Of a DNA stretch of 48,604 nucleotides, positions 33,811 through 42,292 are shown piece after piece. The notes under the pieces are model-generated. The model worked only from the letters and a program-made list of their open reading frames with translations, was not told where the DNA came from and did no database searches. The translations under genes and the position numbers were made by a program. The stretch spans positions 43,581 through 92,184 of the forward strand of contig DFRR01000005.1 in the NCBI GenBank assembly GCA_002378745.1. Reading direction: 5' to 3'. This stretch comes from Patescibacteria group bacterium UBA3458 (GTDB lineage: Bacteria > Patescibacteriota > Minisyncoccia > Phycocordibacterales > UBA2100). Numbering within the stretch: the stretch's first letter is position 1; every line of letters begins with the position of its first letter.

Positions 33811-34914
33811 CTATTCTGAGAAATTAAAATAATCCAGTATCTGCTCTTGCGTGATGCGGGATACACTCTCAGGGTCTTCCGCTGTCACTGCATACCAACG
33901 AACAGTTTCTTTTAAAGTTTTTTCAAATGACCACCGTGAAGCCCACCCCAGCCGGCGGTACGCCTTCGTGGTGTCCAAGACCAATTCGGTAGATTCGTGC
34001 TTTGTTTGTGCCACAGCAGAGTCCTGCGCTATTTGTACAGAACCTTTCCCTAGTTGCGCAAGTGCTTTTGTGGCAAAATCACCAACAGTAACCCACGAAG
34101 TATGCTGAGGACCAAAATTCCAAGCTCCCGAAACTTCAGTGTCCCCTTTTGCTAAACGCATACCCATTAATAGGTACCCAGACAACGGCTCAAGAACATG
34201 CTCCCACGGGCGAACCGCATGAGGGTTGCGTATAGAAACATTGCCATCACCATGTAATACTGAGCGCATGATGTCCGGAACCAGCCTGTCTTCGGACCAA
34301 TCCCCACCACCAATCACGTTGCCGGCGCGGGCAATGCCCAACAACGTAGTGTGCGCATCACCGTACTTTGCTGGGTTAAAAAATGACAATCGATATGCGT
34401 TTGCGACAATATCCGCTGCGGCCTTACTGCCACTATACGGATCGTATCCACCGAGCTTTTCGTTCTCACGATACCCATATACCCACTCTTGATTTTCATA
34501 TACTTTATCTGTGGTTATCACAACCATTGCCGTAACAGTTGGTGTTGTACGCACCGCTTCAAGTACATTAGTGGTCCCGACAACATTGGTTGTAATAGTG
34601 AATACGGGCTCCTCGTAACTTCGTCGCACTAAAGCTTGTGCAGCAAGGTGGAATACTATGTCGGGCTTTTCTGTAGAGACTATCTTTTGAATTTCGTCGG
34701 CATCTCGCACATCACACTCATAGTGTCGTACACGAGATTGCAAATCGGTCTGCGTGAACATGCGCTTGTCCGGCTCAACCGGTAGTGCCACACCAACCAC
34801 ATCTGCACCTAGCAGCAACAAAACATGAGTTAACCAAGAACCTTTAAAACCCGTATGTCCTGTAACGAGAACCTTTTTGCCCCGATAGAATTCTTGCAAC
34901 CTTTTATCATCCAT
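33811..34914 (-). CDS. rfbG: CDP-glucose 4,6-dehydratase
   Basis: FYRGKKVLVTGHTGFKGSWL..., DPYSGSKAAADIV (YxxxK) and the ~367-aa length. The start was set to ATG 34914, which has AGGAG 5 nt upstream. Confidence 0.9.
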   Translation of the reverse strand: MDDKRLQEFYRGKKVLVTGHTGFKGSWLTHVLLLLGADVVGVALPVEPDKRMFTQTDLQSRVRHYECDVRDADEIQKIVSTEKPDIVFHLAAQALVRRSYEEPVFTITTNVVGTTNVLEAVRTTPTVTAMVVITTDKVYENQEWVYGYRENEKLGGYDPYSGSKAAADIVANAYRLSFFNPAKYGDAHTTLLGIARAGNVIGGGDWSEDRLVPDIMRSVLHGDGNVSIRNPHAVRPWEHVLEPLSGYLLMGMRLAKGDTEVSGAWNFGPQHTSWVTVGDFATKALAQLGKGSVQIAQDSAVAQTKHESTELVLDTTKAYRRLGWASRWSFEKTLKETVRWYAVTAEDPESVSRITQEQILDYFNFSE

Positions 34915-35011
34915 AGTTCTCCTATTTATATAGGAGTTACCATACATAGTCAAAAGAAAAGCGAGCATGATATACTGTCTAGAATTCACATTAAAATCAA
35001 TACATTTCACT

Positions 35012-36211
35012 ATGAAAGTCCCCTACGCGAAGTCAGTACACGGCGAAGAAGAAATAGAAGCTGTGGTTGAAGTGCTACGCGGTAATACGGCGCTCGGCCC
35101 GAAAGCCGACGAATTTGAAAAGAAGATCGCCGCTATGTTTGGCAAAGAGTACGGAATAATGGTCAACTCCGGTTCATCGGCCAACTTGCTTGCTTTTGAG
35201 GCGATGGGGCTTGAGCCGGGTGATGAGGTGATTACTCCACTTTTAACATTTGGTACTGTCGTTGCACCTATCATTCAGAAGGGTCTGGTGCCGGTTTTTG
35301 TCGATGTAGAAGAGGGTACCTATATTGTTGATCCGGACTCGGTCGAAGCAGCTGTTACCGAAAAAACCCGAGTCCTGATGATCCCGTCTCTTTTGGGCAA
35401 TATTCCAAACCTGGAGCGTCTTCGCGAAATCGCCGACAAACACAAACTATGGCTGGTAGAAGATTCTTGTGACACTCTTGGTGGAACATATAAAGGAAAA
35501 CCGTCCGGTTCGTATTCGGACATATCTACCACCAGCTTCTACGGTTCACATATCATAAACGGTGCCGGTGGTGGTGGTATGATCATGGTTCATGATCAAA
35601 AACTTGCAGAACGTCTAGTAGTACTTCGTGGTTGGGGCCGACGATCTTCGCTCTACGGAGAAACCGCAACATCTGAACTACTGGAAAATCGGTTCGAGGT
35701 GGAGCTCGAAGGAGTACCTTACGACAACAAATTTGTATTTAGCGAAATCGGCTACAACTTCTTGCCGCTAGAGCTTCAGGCTGCTTTTGCGTTAGTGCAA
35801 CTAACTCGCTTCCCCGATTTTGCCAAAGCACGCAAGGCGCACTTTGCAGCCATGCTGGAGTTCTTCAAACAGTATGAAGAATATTTCATTCTTCCTAAGC
35901 AGACACCAAACTCTGAAACCAACTGGTTGGCTTTCCCAGTTGTAATCAAGGACAGTGCACCCTTTGACCGTAAAGGCCTGGCTACTTTTCTCGAGAAAAA
36001 TGGTATTCAGACCCGACCAGTGTTTACCGGCGACATATTGAAGCAGCCAGCCTTCAAGAACATTCCACACCGTCTGGCAGAAACCTCCTACGCCAACACA
36101 GAAGCGGTCATGCGCGGCGGGCTGGTATTTGCCTGCCACCAAGGACTGACTGGCGATCAGATTTCTTATGTACAAGAACATATTTCTTCGTACATTGCCT
36201 CCCGACAATAG
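35012..36211 (+). CDS. DegT/DnrJ/EryC1-fold sugar 3-dehydratase (ColD/E1-type, His replaces catalytic Lys)
   Basis: 399 aa. The active-site region TSFYGSHIINGAGGGGMI has His where aminotransferases of this fold have Lys (SF..xK..xxGEGG). Only 2 Cys occur in the whole protein. The start was set to ATG 35012. Confidence 0.8.
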   Translation: MKVPYAKSVHGEEEIEAVVEVLRGNTALGPKADEFEKKIAAMFGKEYGIMVNSGSSANLLAFEAMGLEPGDEVITPLLTFGTVVAPIIQKGLVPVFVDVEEGTYIVDPDSVEAAVTEKTRVLMIPSLLGNIPNLERLREIADKHKLWLVEDSCDTLGGTYKGKPSGSYSDISTTSFYGSHIINGAGGGGMIMVHDQKLAERLVVLRGWGRRSSLYGETATSELLENRFEVELEGVPYDNKFVFSEIGYNFLPLELQAAFALVQLTRFPDFAKARKAHFAAMLEFFKQYEEYFILPKQTPNSETNWLAFPVVIKDSAPFDRKGLATFLEKNGIQTRPVFTGDILKQPAFKNIPHRLAETSYANTEAVMRGGLVFACHQGLTGDQISYVQEHISSYIASRQ

Positions 36212-36438
36212 CCGCATGCGCAAGCAAGGCTTGTGCTACAATCCCTGGGTATGTACGTCAATCCAACGTCACTGCAGGCGTGTACCTTATTACATTTGAT
36301 CAGTTTACTGACAACTGAGGATCACTGACAACGGTATTCACTCAAGCCAGTCCCTATGCTTTTTATAAACTACTGCACTCAATACCTCTTAGATTTGCCT
36401 GAACTAGAGCAAAAACTATACCTTTTGCCTCTTTTGAC

Positions 36439-37377
36439 ATGAATTTTGAAACCAAACTCAGCATCTGTATACCAACGTTCAATAACTCGAGAGGCCTCGA
36501 CGAAATTTTACTTATACTGAGTAAACAGGCCAATGACTTTGGGCTGATGGACCGAATAGAAGTTTGTATATCTGATAACTCCCAATATGGTCTAAACGAG
36601 CGGATGATTGCCTACAATAAAAGTAACTTGGATATTGTTATCAACTATTCTCAAAATGAAAGTAACATCGGATACGATCGTAATGTAGATCGCGTCCTCA
36701 AAATGGCAACGGGTGACTTCTGCTGGTTACTATCTGACAATGAAAACATCTCCGACGACGCCCTTAGAAATATCTACCAGGTTGTTAGCGCGTATCCTCA
36801 AGTGGGCCATATACTAATCTGCCAGTCTGATTCTCGGGTTGACGTCTCGCGACGTTTCGAATCATTGTCTGCAGCAATGGAATTTCTGTGGCCATGGATA
36901 CCGGGCGGGTTAATATCACGAAATATTTTCGCACGGAACCTTCTTCCCAAAGACCTAACTAAGTATTACGGAAATGACTGGATCCATATGTCTCTAGCTA
37001 TAGAAATAGGTCGCACCAACCCAGTTGTATGTATCGGAGAGCTGCTAAGTGGTACCGAGAGCGAAGTCTGCCTCTGGGCCAAGAATGGACAAACTTTCCG
37101 TACATATATGAATCTACTAAATATAATGCGGAATTTGCCACACGAATATGATCAAAAGATCAAAAGCAGAATAGTTGGTGCCATGCAAAAAAGAGTACCG
37201 CGTGAGATACTATCATCAAAGCTGTACGGACTTACTAATACACTTAGCGTACGCCAGGAAATACGAAAACAGTTGGAAAGAAGGTCTGCTCTTAAATTCT
37301 TATCACTAGTAGCTCTTGCGACACCAGCCACATTGATAAAGCATGCAAAAAAATTCAAAAATTATTTTGGTTATTGA
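36439..37377 (+). CDS. Glycosyltransferase family 2-like
   Basis: LSICIPTFNNSRGLDEILLIL...ICISDNSQ... is a GT-A N-terminal pattern. 312 aa. Confidence 0.65.
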   Translation: MNFETKLSICIPTFNNSRGLDEILLILSKQANDFGLMDRIEVCISDNSQYGLNERMIAYNKSNLDIVINYSQNESNIGYDRNVDRVLKMATGDFCWLLSDNENISDDALRNIYQVVSAYPQVGHILICQSDSRVDVSRRFESLSAAMEFLWPWIPGGLISRNIFARNLLPKDLTKYYGNDWIHMSLAIEIGRTNPVVCIGELLSGTESEVCLWAKNGQTFRTYMNLLNIMRNLPHEYDQKIKSRIVGAMQKRVPREILSSKLYGLTNTLSVRQEIRKQLERRSALKFLSLVALATPATLIKHAKKFKNYFGY

Positions 37378-38392
37378 CGTAGGCAATCCCGATTGCGACG
37401 GCAAACTATTTGACCGTGATTTTTTAAGCAATATTAGCCATACATTGTTGCCTATTTATGAACTGGTGAAAATGTGCGATTCATTAGGAATAAAGTGTGT
37501 AACACCTGATGTAGTCCTGAGTAAAGAAATTACACAAGGCGACCAAGAATTACTTCTCATTTCTCACCTTGTTAATAATCGCACCACTAACCTTATTTCG
37601 AGGGGAGCAAAACCTTTCCTGCTCTTATGTCAAGAGTCACCAATGATTGCTACGCGCTTTTACACAAATTTCCGCAACCTGTCAAAACCTTTTGCTTATA
37701 CACTAGCTTTCAGTGGTATGAAAAAGCGAGCTCATGTTAAAACTAATTTCATTCCGCTCCACTTTCCTGTCTATTTTGATACAAGAGCCACGCCAACTAT
37801 TCCATTTTCCGAAAAAAAGCTAATAGCACTGATTGCAGGTAACAAGAGTGCTCCAGCGTGGAAGGCAGTATTAATGAAACTTTTTTTTGGTACTAAGGTT
37901 AAATTGATCTATCCAGTCCGAAAAAAGTTTGTAACGGGTCTAGCGTCAAAGAAAGTTATAGATTTATACGGGAAAGGGTGGGATACTGATAGCAATGAGT
38001 CAGTCCGTGCTGTATATAAAGGATTAGTTCCTGCCGACGGTAAATTAGAGACTCTTTCAAAATATAAGTTTACACTATGCTTTGAAAATGCCATTTTCCC
38101 TGGTTATGTGACCGAAAAGTTGTTTGATGCACTCCTAGCCGGTAGCGTGCCAGTATATCTTGGTGATCCCGACATCTTTGAGAGTATACCAAAGAATATC
38201 TTTGTCGACGCACGTGAGTTCACAGATGTAGATAGCCTACACAGATATTTGAGCAACATGTCAAAAGATATATACGAACAGTACCGAAAAGCTGGTGAGG
38301 AATTCTTAACTTCTTCTGCCTTCGATAAATTTAGTTACGAAACTTTTATTGAAAAGGTGATAAACCTCATAAAATCTTATGAATTCAACTAG
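37343..38392 (+). CDS. GT10 alpha-1,3/4-fucosyltransferase
   Basis: KYKFTLCFENAIFPGYVTEKLFDALLAGSVPVYLG matches the conserved GT10 motif (FENS..xGYVTEK..DA...G.VP.Y.G) known from H. pylori FutA/B. Confidence 0.8.
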   Translation: MQKNSKIILVIDVGNPDCDGKLFDRDFLSNISHTLLPIYELVKMCDSLGIKCVTPDVVLSKEITQGDQELLLISHLVNNRTTNLISRGAKPFLLLCQESPMIATRFYTNFRNLSKPFAYTLAFSGMKKRAHVKTNFIPLHFPVYFDTRATPTIPFSEKKLIALIAGNKSAPAWKAVLMKLFFGTKVKLIYPVRKKFVTGLASKKVIDLYGKGWDTDSNESVRAVYKGLVPADGKLETLSKYKFTLCFENAIFPGYVTEKLFDALLAGSVPVYLGDPDIFESIPKNIFVDAREFTDVDSLHRYLSNMSKDIYEQYRKAGEEFLTSSAFDKFSYETFIEKVINLIKSYEFN

Positions 38393-39302
38393 ACTAACGG
38401 TTGCCATTCCTACATATAATCGTCAGACTTACCTGAGACAAACACTCGAAAGTTTACAGGGTCAGACAGAACAGTCTTTTAAGGTAATATTGTTTGACAA
38501 TGCTAGTTCTTACGACATAAAACATTTGATATCCTTGTTCCCCTCACTATCAATTACATTGGAACAAAACGCCAGTAATATGGGCAACCAGGCAAACTTC
38601 GAGCGCGTGATGACCTACCCATTCGACACGCCTTATGTAATGATTTTCCACGATGATGACACAATTCATCCAAATTATTTTAAGAAGGCCTTGCCCGTGT
38701 TAGACCACAACGAAAACATTTATTGGGTAGGGTCTTTCATTAAGTACACTCACTCAACAGCTGATATGATGAAATTTTGGGACGACACATCAAATGTACT
38801 GATGTGCACTTATAACCGCCTCGAACTAGCAGATCTCTTTATGAGCAATCTTCCGGTCGGATTTTCCCCAGTGATTTACCGAACATCAACGCTTTCGAAC
38901 ACTAAACCTAACGCCACTCGTTTTTACAAATGGCTTGACCGTCCGTTTATGCTCGACGCGGCGGGTGGTGGACAGGCGGCAATATTTCATTTTCCTTTCG
39001 TTAATTACCGCATCCACCCCTCACAAGATTCCGCTCAGAAATATGACGAGCACATTCCGGAAATGATAAACTTGACCGAATATATTAGCTCCGCTGGCAA
39101 CATATCAAAGGGAAGAAAATACGCCACCGCCAACGCTCTTCGCACTGCAATTCAAAATGCCAGTTCCATAAAAGAATTCAGTTGTCTACTTAATAGATTC
39201 CGAGAGCGCGGCTTATACCGAACAGTGGATATTCGCCCATACGCGATTTACTGGTTATTTAGAGTCTGGGCGAAAAGAATTTCGGACTTTTACAAAAAAT
39301 GA
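38379..39302 (+). CDS. Glycosyltransferase family 2
   Basis: LTVAIPTYNRQTYLRQTLESLQGQTEQSFKVILFDNAS... and HDDD. Confidence 0.8.
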   Translation: MNSTRLTVAIPTYNRQTYLRQTLESLQGQTEQSFKVILFDNASSYDIKHLISLFPSLSITLEQNASNMGNQANFERVMTYPFDTPYVMIFHDDDTIHPNYFKKALPVLDHNENIYWVGSFIKYTHSTADMMKFWDDTSNVLMCTYNRLELADLFMSNLPVGFSPVIYRTSTLSNTKPNATRFYKWLDRPFMLDAAGGGQAAIFHFPFVNYRIHPSQDSAQKYDEHIPEMINLTEYISSAGNISKGRKYATANALRTAIQNASSIKEFSCLLNRFRERGLYRTVDIRPYAIYWLFRVWAKRISDFYKK

Positions 39303-39385
39303 GTGCCCGCGGACTAAGTAATCAATCTGAATGGTTTTGTACAAGGCGTGGCTCTCTAACTGGCCTAGTTATTGTTAACTCTCAG

Positions 39386-39394
39386 TGGTATAAA
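39386..39394 (+). promoter_or_regulatory. Extended -10 (TGgTATAAA) 8 nt upstream of ATG; candidate leaderless promoter
   Basis: cagTGgTATAAAataaatcgATG. Confidence 0.4.
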
Positions 39395-39402
39395 ATAAAT
39401 CG

Positions 39403-40281
39403 ATGATAACTATCTATACTCATACATGGAATCCGCTCACGAAGGAGTTTTGGAAGTGGGTGGTGAGGAAACTGGCTCGAAAGTTTAGCGGTCCGGACGC
39501 AGTAGCTTGTAGCGTGGTGCGCGGATTGCAAGAATTAAATGTACCGTTTTTGTATAACCCACTTTTTCGTCAGAATGACACAGCAGTGGTGCTCTCAGGA
39601 GTGTGCGCACTGAAGAACGCAATTGCAGCAAAGAAGAGAGGTGCATTGAAAAAGTTGATTGCTGGACCAAATGTAGTGATGCAACCAGATGCCGAGCATG
39701 GCATTATGCAAAGTGAATATATTGACCACATTCTCGTTCCTTCGCAGTGGGTAGCAGATTTGTGGGCACACCAAGCTCCAGATATATCAAGAAAGTTGAT
39801 TGTTTGGGCAGCTGGTGTTGAAATCAAGAATGCTTCAACACGCACTGGCGTGCCAATACTCTATGATAAGCTCGGCGACCGTGCGCTCACCTCACAAATA
39901 CAGCAACAGATAGGCTCTTCAGCGAAGATATTTACGTACGGCACCTTTAAAAGAGAAGACTATCTGAAGTCGCTCACCGAGGCATCCTTTATGGTGTATC
40001 TTTCGCGCTCAGAAAGCCAAGGTCTTGCTTTGCAAGAGGCGTGGGCACATGATGTGCCAACAATTATAAATAAAAGCACGAATTGGCAAAATAACGGACT
40101 GTCTTGGCAGGCTTCGCAAATAAATTGCCCGTATTTACACCCTGCATTAGGTATGATTTTTGAGAACGTGCAAGACATTCCTGAACTAGCTCGTCAGATA
40201 ACTTCTTTACACCCCAAACACTACTGTGATCAAGAATTATCTGATCGTGCAAGCATCCAAAACTTGCTTAAAATTATATGA
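39403..40281 (+). CDS. GT-B fold glycosyltransferase (GT4-like, short)
   Basis: 292 aa. The C-terminal SRSESQGLALQEAWAHDVPTII resembles the GT4 E-x7-E region. Confidence 0.6.
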   Translation: MITIYTHTWNPLTKEFWKWVVRKLARKFSGPDAVACSVVRGLQELNVPFLYNPLFRQNDTAVVLSGVCALKNAIAAKKRGALKKLIAGPNVVMQPDAEHGIMQSEYIDHILVPSQWVADLWAHQAPDISRKLIVWAAGVEIKNASTRTGVPILYDKLGDRALTSQIQQQIGSSAKIFTYGTFKREDYLKSLTEASFMVYLSRSESQGLALQEAWAHDVPTIINKSTNWQNNGLSWQASQINCPYLHPALGMIFENVQDIPELARQITSLHPKHYCDQELSDRASIQNLLKII

Positions 40282-41009
40282 GAGCGTTTATTAAAAAACT
40301 TGTCAGGCTCATGCAAATGCCCTTTGTCCTGAGGGACTACTTTCGATTCGCTAGAAGTAGTGACGAGCGCTTCTCATTAGCCTTATGGAACGCATACCCC
40401 TGCTTGAAGGATAAAACGATGCAAACCGGCTTTGATAGGCATTACGTCTACCACACTGCATGGGCAGCGCGAGTTCTACAAGAAACCAAGCCCGAAACGC
40501 ATACTGACATTGCATCAAGCCTCTATTTTTCTGCAATTGTTTCAGCCTTTGTGCCGACGACATTCTACGACTACCGTCCGGCAAAGTTGGAATTACAGAA
40601 CCTCACCAGTGAGCGTGCCGACCTCACTCAGTTACCGTTTCCGGATAACAGCGTGAAGTCGCTCTCCTGCATGCACACCGTTGAACATGTTGGCCTTGGA
40701 AGATACGGTGACCCTGTTGACCCGGAAGGAGATATAAAAGCGGCTCGTGAACTTTCCCGCGTACTCGCACCTGGCGGTTCACTATTGTTCGTTGCCCCTA
40801 TCGGGAAAAACGCCGTGATAGAATTTAATGCACACCGCATATATACATACGAAGCGGTGTTGGAGCTCTTCCCAGAACTTACCCTCAGCGAATTCTCTCT
40901 CATACCAGAGCATGAAAAAAACGGTGGGCTCATCCGTAATGCGGAGCCCGCAGTGCTAGAGAACGAACACTACGCATGCGGCTGTTTTCACTTCACCAAA
41001 CCAATATGA
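40278..41009 (+). CDS. DUF268-type class I SAM-dependent methyltransferase (probable sugar O-methyltransferase)
   Basis: SLSCMHTVEHVGLGRYGDPVDPEGDIKAARELSRVLAPGGSLLFVAPIG...FNAHRIY matches the DUF268 signature (EH.GLGRYGDP.DP.GD ... FNAHRIY) as I recall it. Both ends have ATGA overlaps. Confidence 0.65.
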   Translation: MRAFIKKLVRLMQMPFVLRDYFRFARSSDERFSLALWNAYPCLKDKTMQTGFDRHYVYHTAWAARVLQETKPETHTDIASSLYFSAIVSAFVPTTFYDYRPAKLELQNLTSERADLTQLPFPDNSVKSLSCMHTVEHVGLGRYGDPVDPEGDIKAARELSRVLAPGGSLLFVAPIGKNAVIEFNAHRIYTYEAVLELFPELTLSEFSLIPEHEKNGGLIRNAEPAVLENEHYACGCFHFTKPI

Positions 41010-41845
41010 TTATCGTCAATCTAAAAGGTGGGCTTGGGAATCAAATGTTTCAGTATGCATGCGGTCGAGCACTCGCGTTACGCACCCGTGATGAGTTGCA
41101 GATTATTGCGGAAGGCCTAGAAGCAGCTAACGCTATTGGTGACCTCTATCGCCCGTTTTCGCTACAAAAGTTCGCTATCGCCGGAGAAGTAATTGGAAAG
41201 AACGAGATACCTCTATGGCATCGTTTGTATTCCCTTTTCGAACAAAAAGTCCTTCGTCGATTCTATGTACATTTTGAACCGTCCCTTTTTTCCAAGAAGG
41301 GTACGGTGTACCTCAATGGTTATTTCCAATCCGAAAAGTACTTTGCCGACTACGCTGATACAATCAGAAGGGAGCTTCGGATACAGGATCCGCTTGGTGC
41401 AGCAGCCGCTGATACCGCTTCGATAGTTACAAACGACGACGTCTCGGTGTCGCTACATGTACGGCGTGGCGACTACGTTACGCACCCAGAATTTGGTGGG
41501 ATTGCCGACGTTTCCTACTACCAACGCGCAGTTGCGAAGATGCAACAGCGAGTGCCACACGCGCATTTTTATGTTTTTTCTGACGACATCGAGTGGTGTA
41601 GAAACAACCTTGCTCTCCCAAAAGACGCGGTTTTTGTTTCCGGCACAGAAATGCAAGACTATGAGGAGCTACACTTGATGTCGCTCTGTCGCCACAATAT
41701 CATTGCCAACTCCTCTTTCTCTTGGTGGGGTGCATGGCTCAATGCCAATCCTGACAAGATAATCATCGCCCCTTCACGTTGGGCGCACGGTAAAAAAGAG
41801 AAAGATTTCCGTGATATTATTCCAGAAAGATGGATTCGGGTATGA
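41006..41845 (+). CDS. GT11 alpha-1,2-fucosyltransferase
   Basis: MIIVNLKGGLGNQMFQYA..., HVRRGDY and SSFSWWGAWLN are the conserved GT11 motifs (FutC/WbsJ type). Confidence 0.88.
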   Translation: MIIVNLKGGLGNQMFQYACGRALALRTRDELQIIAEGLEAANAIGDLYRPFSLQKFAIAGEVIGKNEIPLWHRLYSLFEQKVLRRFYVHFEPSLFSKKGTVYLNGYFQSEKYFADYADTIRRELRIQDPLGAAAADTASIVTNDDVSVSLHVRRGDYVTHPEFGGIADVSYYQRAVAKMQQRVPHAHFYVFSDDIEWCRNNLALPKDAVFVSGTEMQDYEELHLMSLCRHNIIANSSFSWWGAWLNANPDKIIIAPSRWAHGKKEKDFRDIIPERWIRV

Positions 41846-42228
41846 GAAAGGAGTTCGACAGTTGGAACAAGATCAAGAAAGAGACGGACGGCCGAACTGA
41901 CCGTCTTTTATACAAAAAGCGTGAGATACGCTGGTGTACACTCGGTGCCAATATTGGCTTTGAACAAGATGGGACCGGTAGCGGCTTTGCACGGCCCGTG
42001 CTGGTGATAAAAGACTTTAACCAACACGTCTGCCTAGTCGTCCCTCTTACTACCTCAACAAAAGAAAATCCTTACCACTACAAGATTGGAGAGATTGATG
42101 GTCAACAAGCGTCCGTTATTATTTCTCAGCTACGCTTAGTTGATACCAAGCGCCTGTATAAGAAAATTGCTACACTGAACGAGAAAAAGTTCTCCGCAAT
42201 AATAAAAGCGATCAAAGATATGCTTTGA
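41842..42228 (+). CDS. PemK/MazF-family toxin-like protein, no cognate antitoxin gene nearby
   Basis: About 128 aa. EIRWCTLGANIGFEQDGTGSGFARPVLVIKDFNQHVCLVVPLTT follows the PemK pattern (W...G.N.G.EQ.G....RPVLV......C.V.PLT). The ATG overlaps the GT11 stop (ATGA at 41842-45). Confidence 0.75.
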   Translation: MRKEFDSWNKIKKETDGRTDRLLYKKREIRWCTLGANIGFEQDGTGSGFARPVLVIKDFNQHVCLVVPLTTSTKENPYHYKIGEIDGQQASVIISQLRLVDTKRLYKKIATLNEKKFSAIIKAIKDML

Positions 42229-42236
42229 TCGCTTTT
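42208..42236 (+). terminator. Intrinsic terminator overlapping the 3' end of the PemK-like gene
   Basis: gcgatcaaag-atatg-ctttgatcgc followed by tttt. Confidence 0.6.
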
Positions 42237-42292
42237 ACATTTTGTCCCTTCTCCTTTCAGAGAAAGGCAAGCCCGAAGGCGTTTGTAAAATT

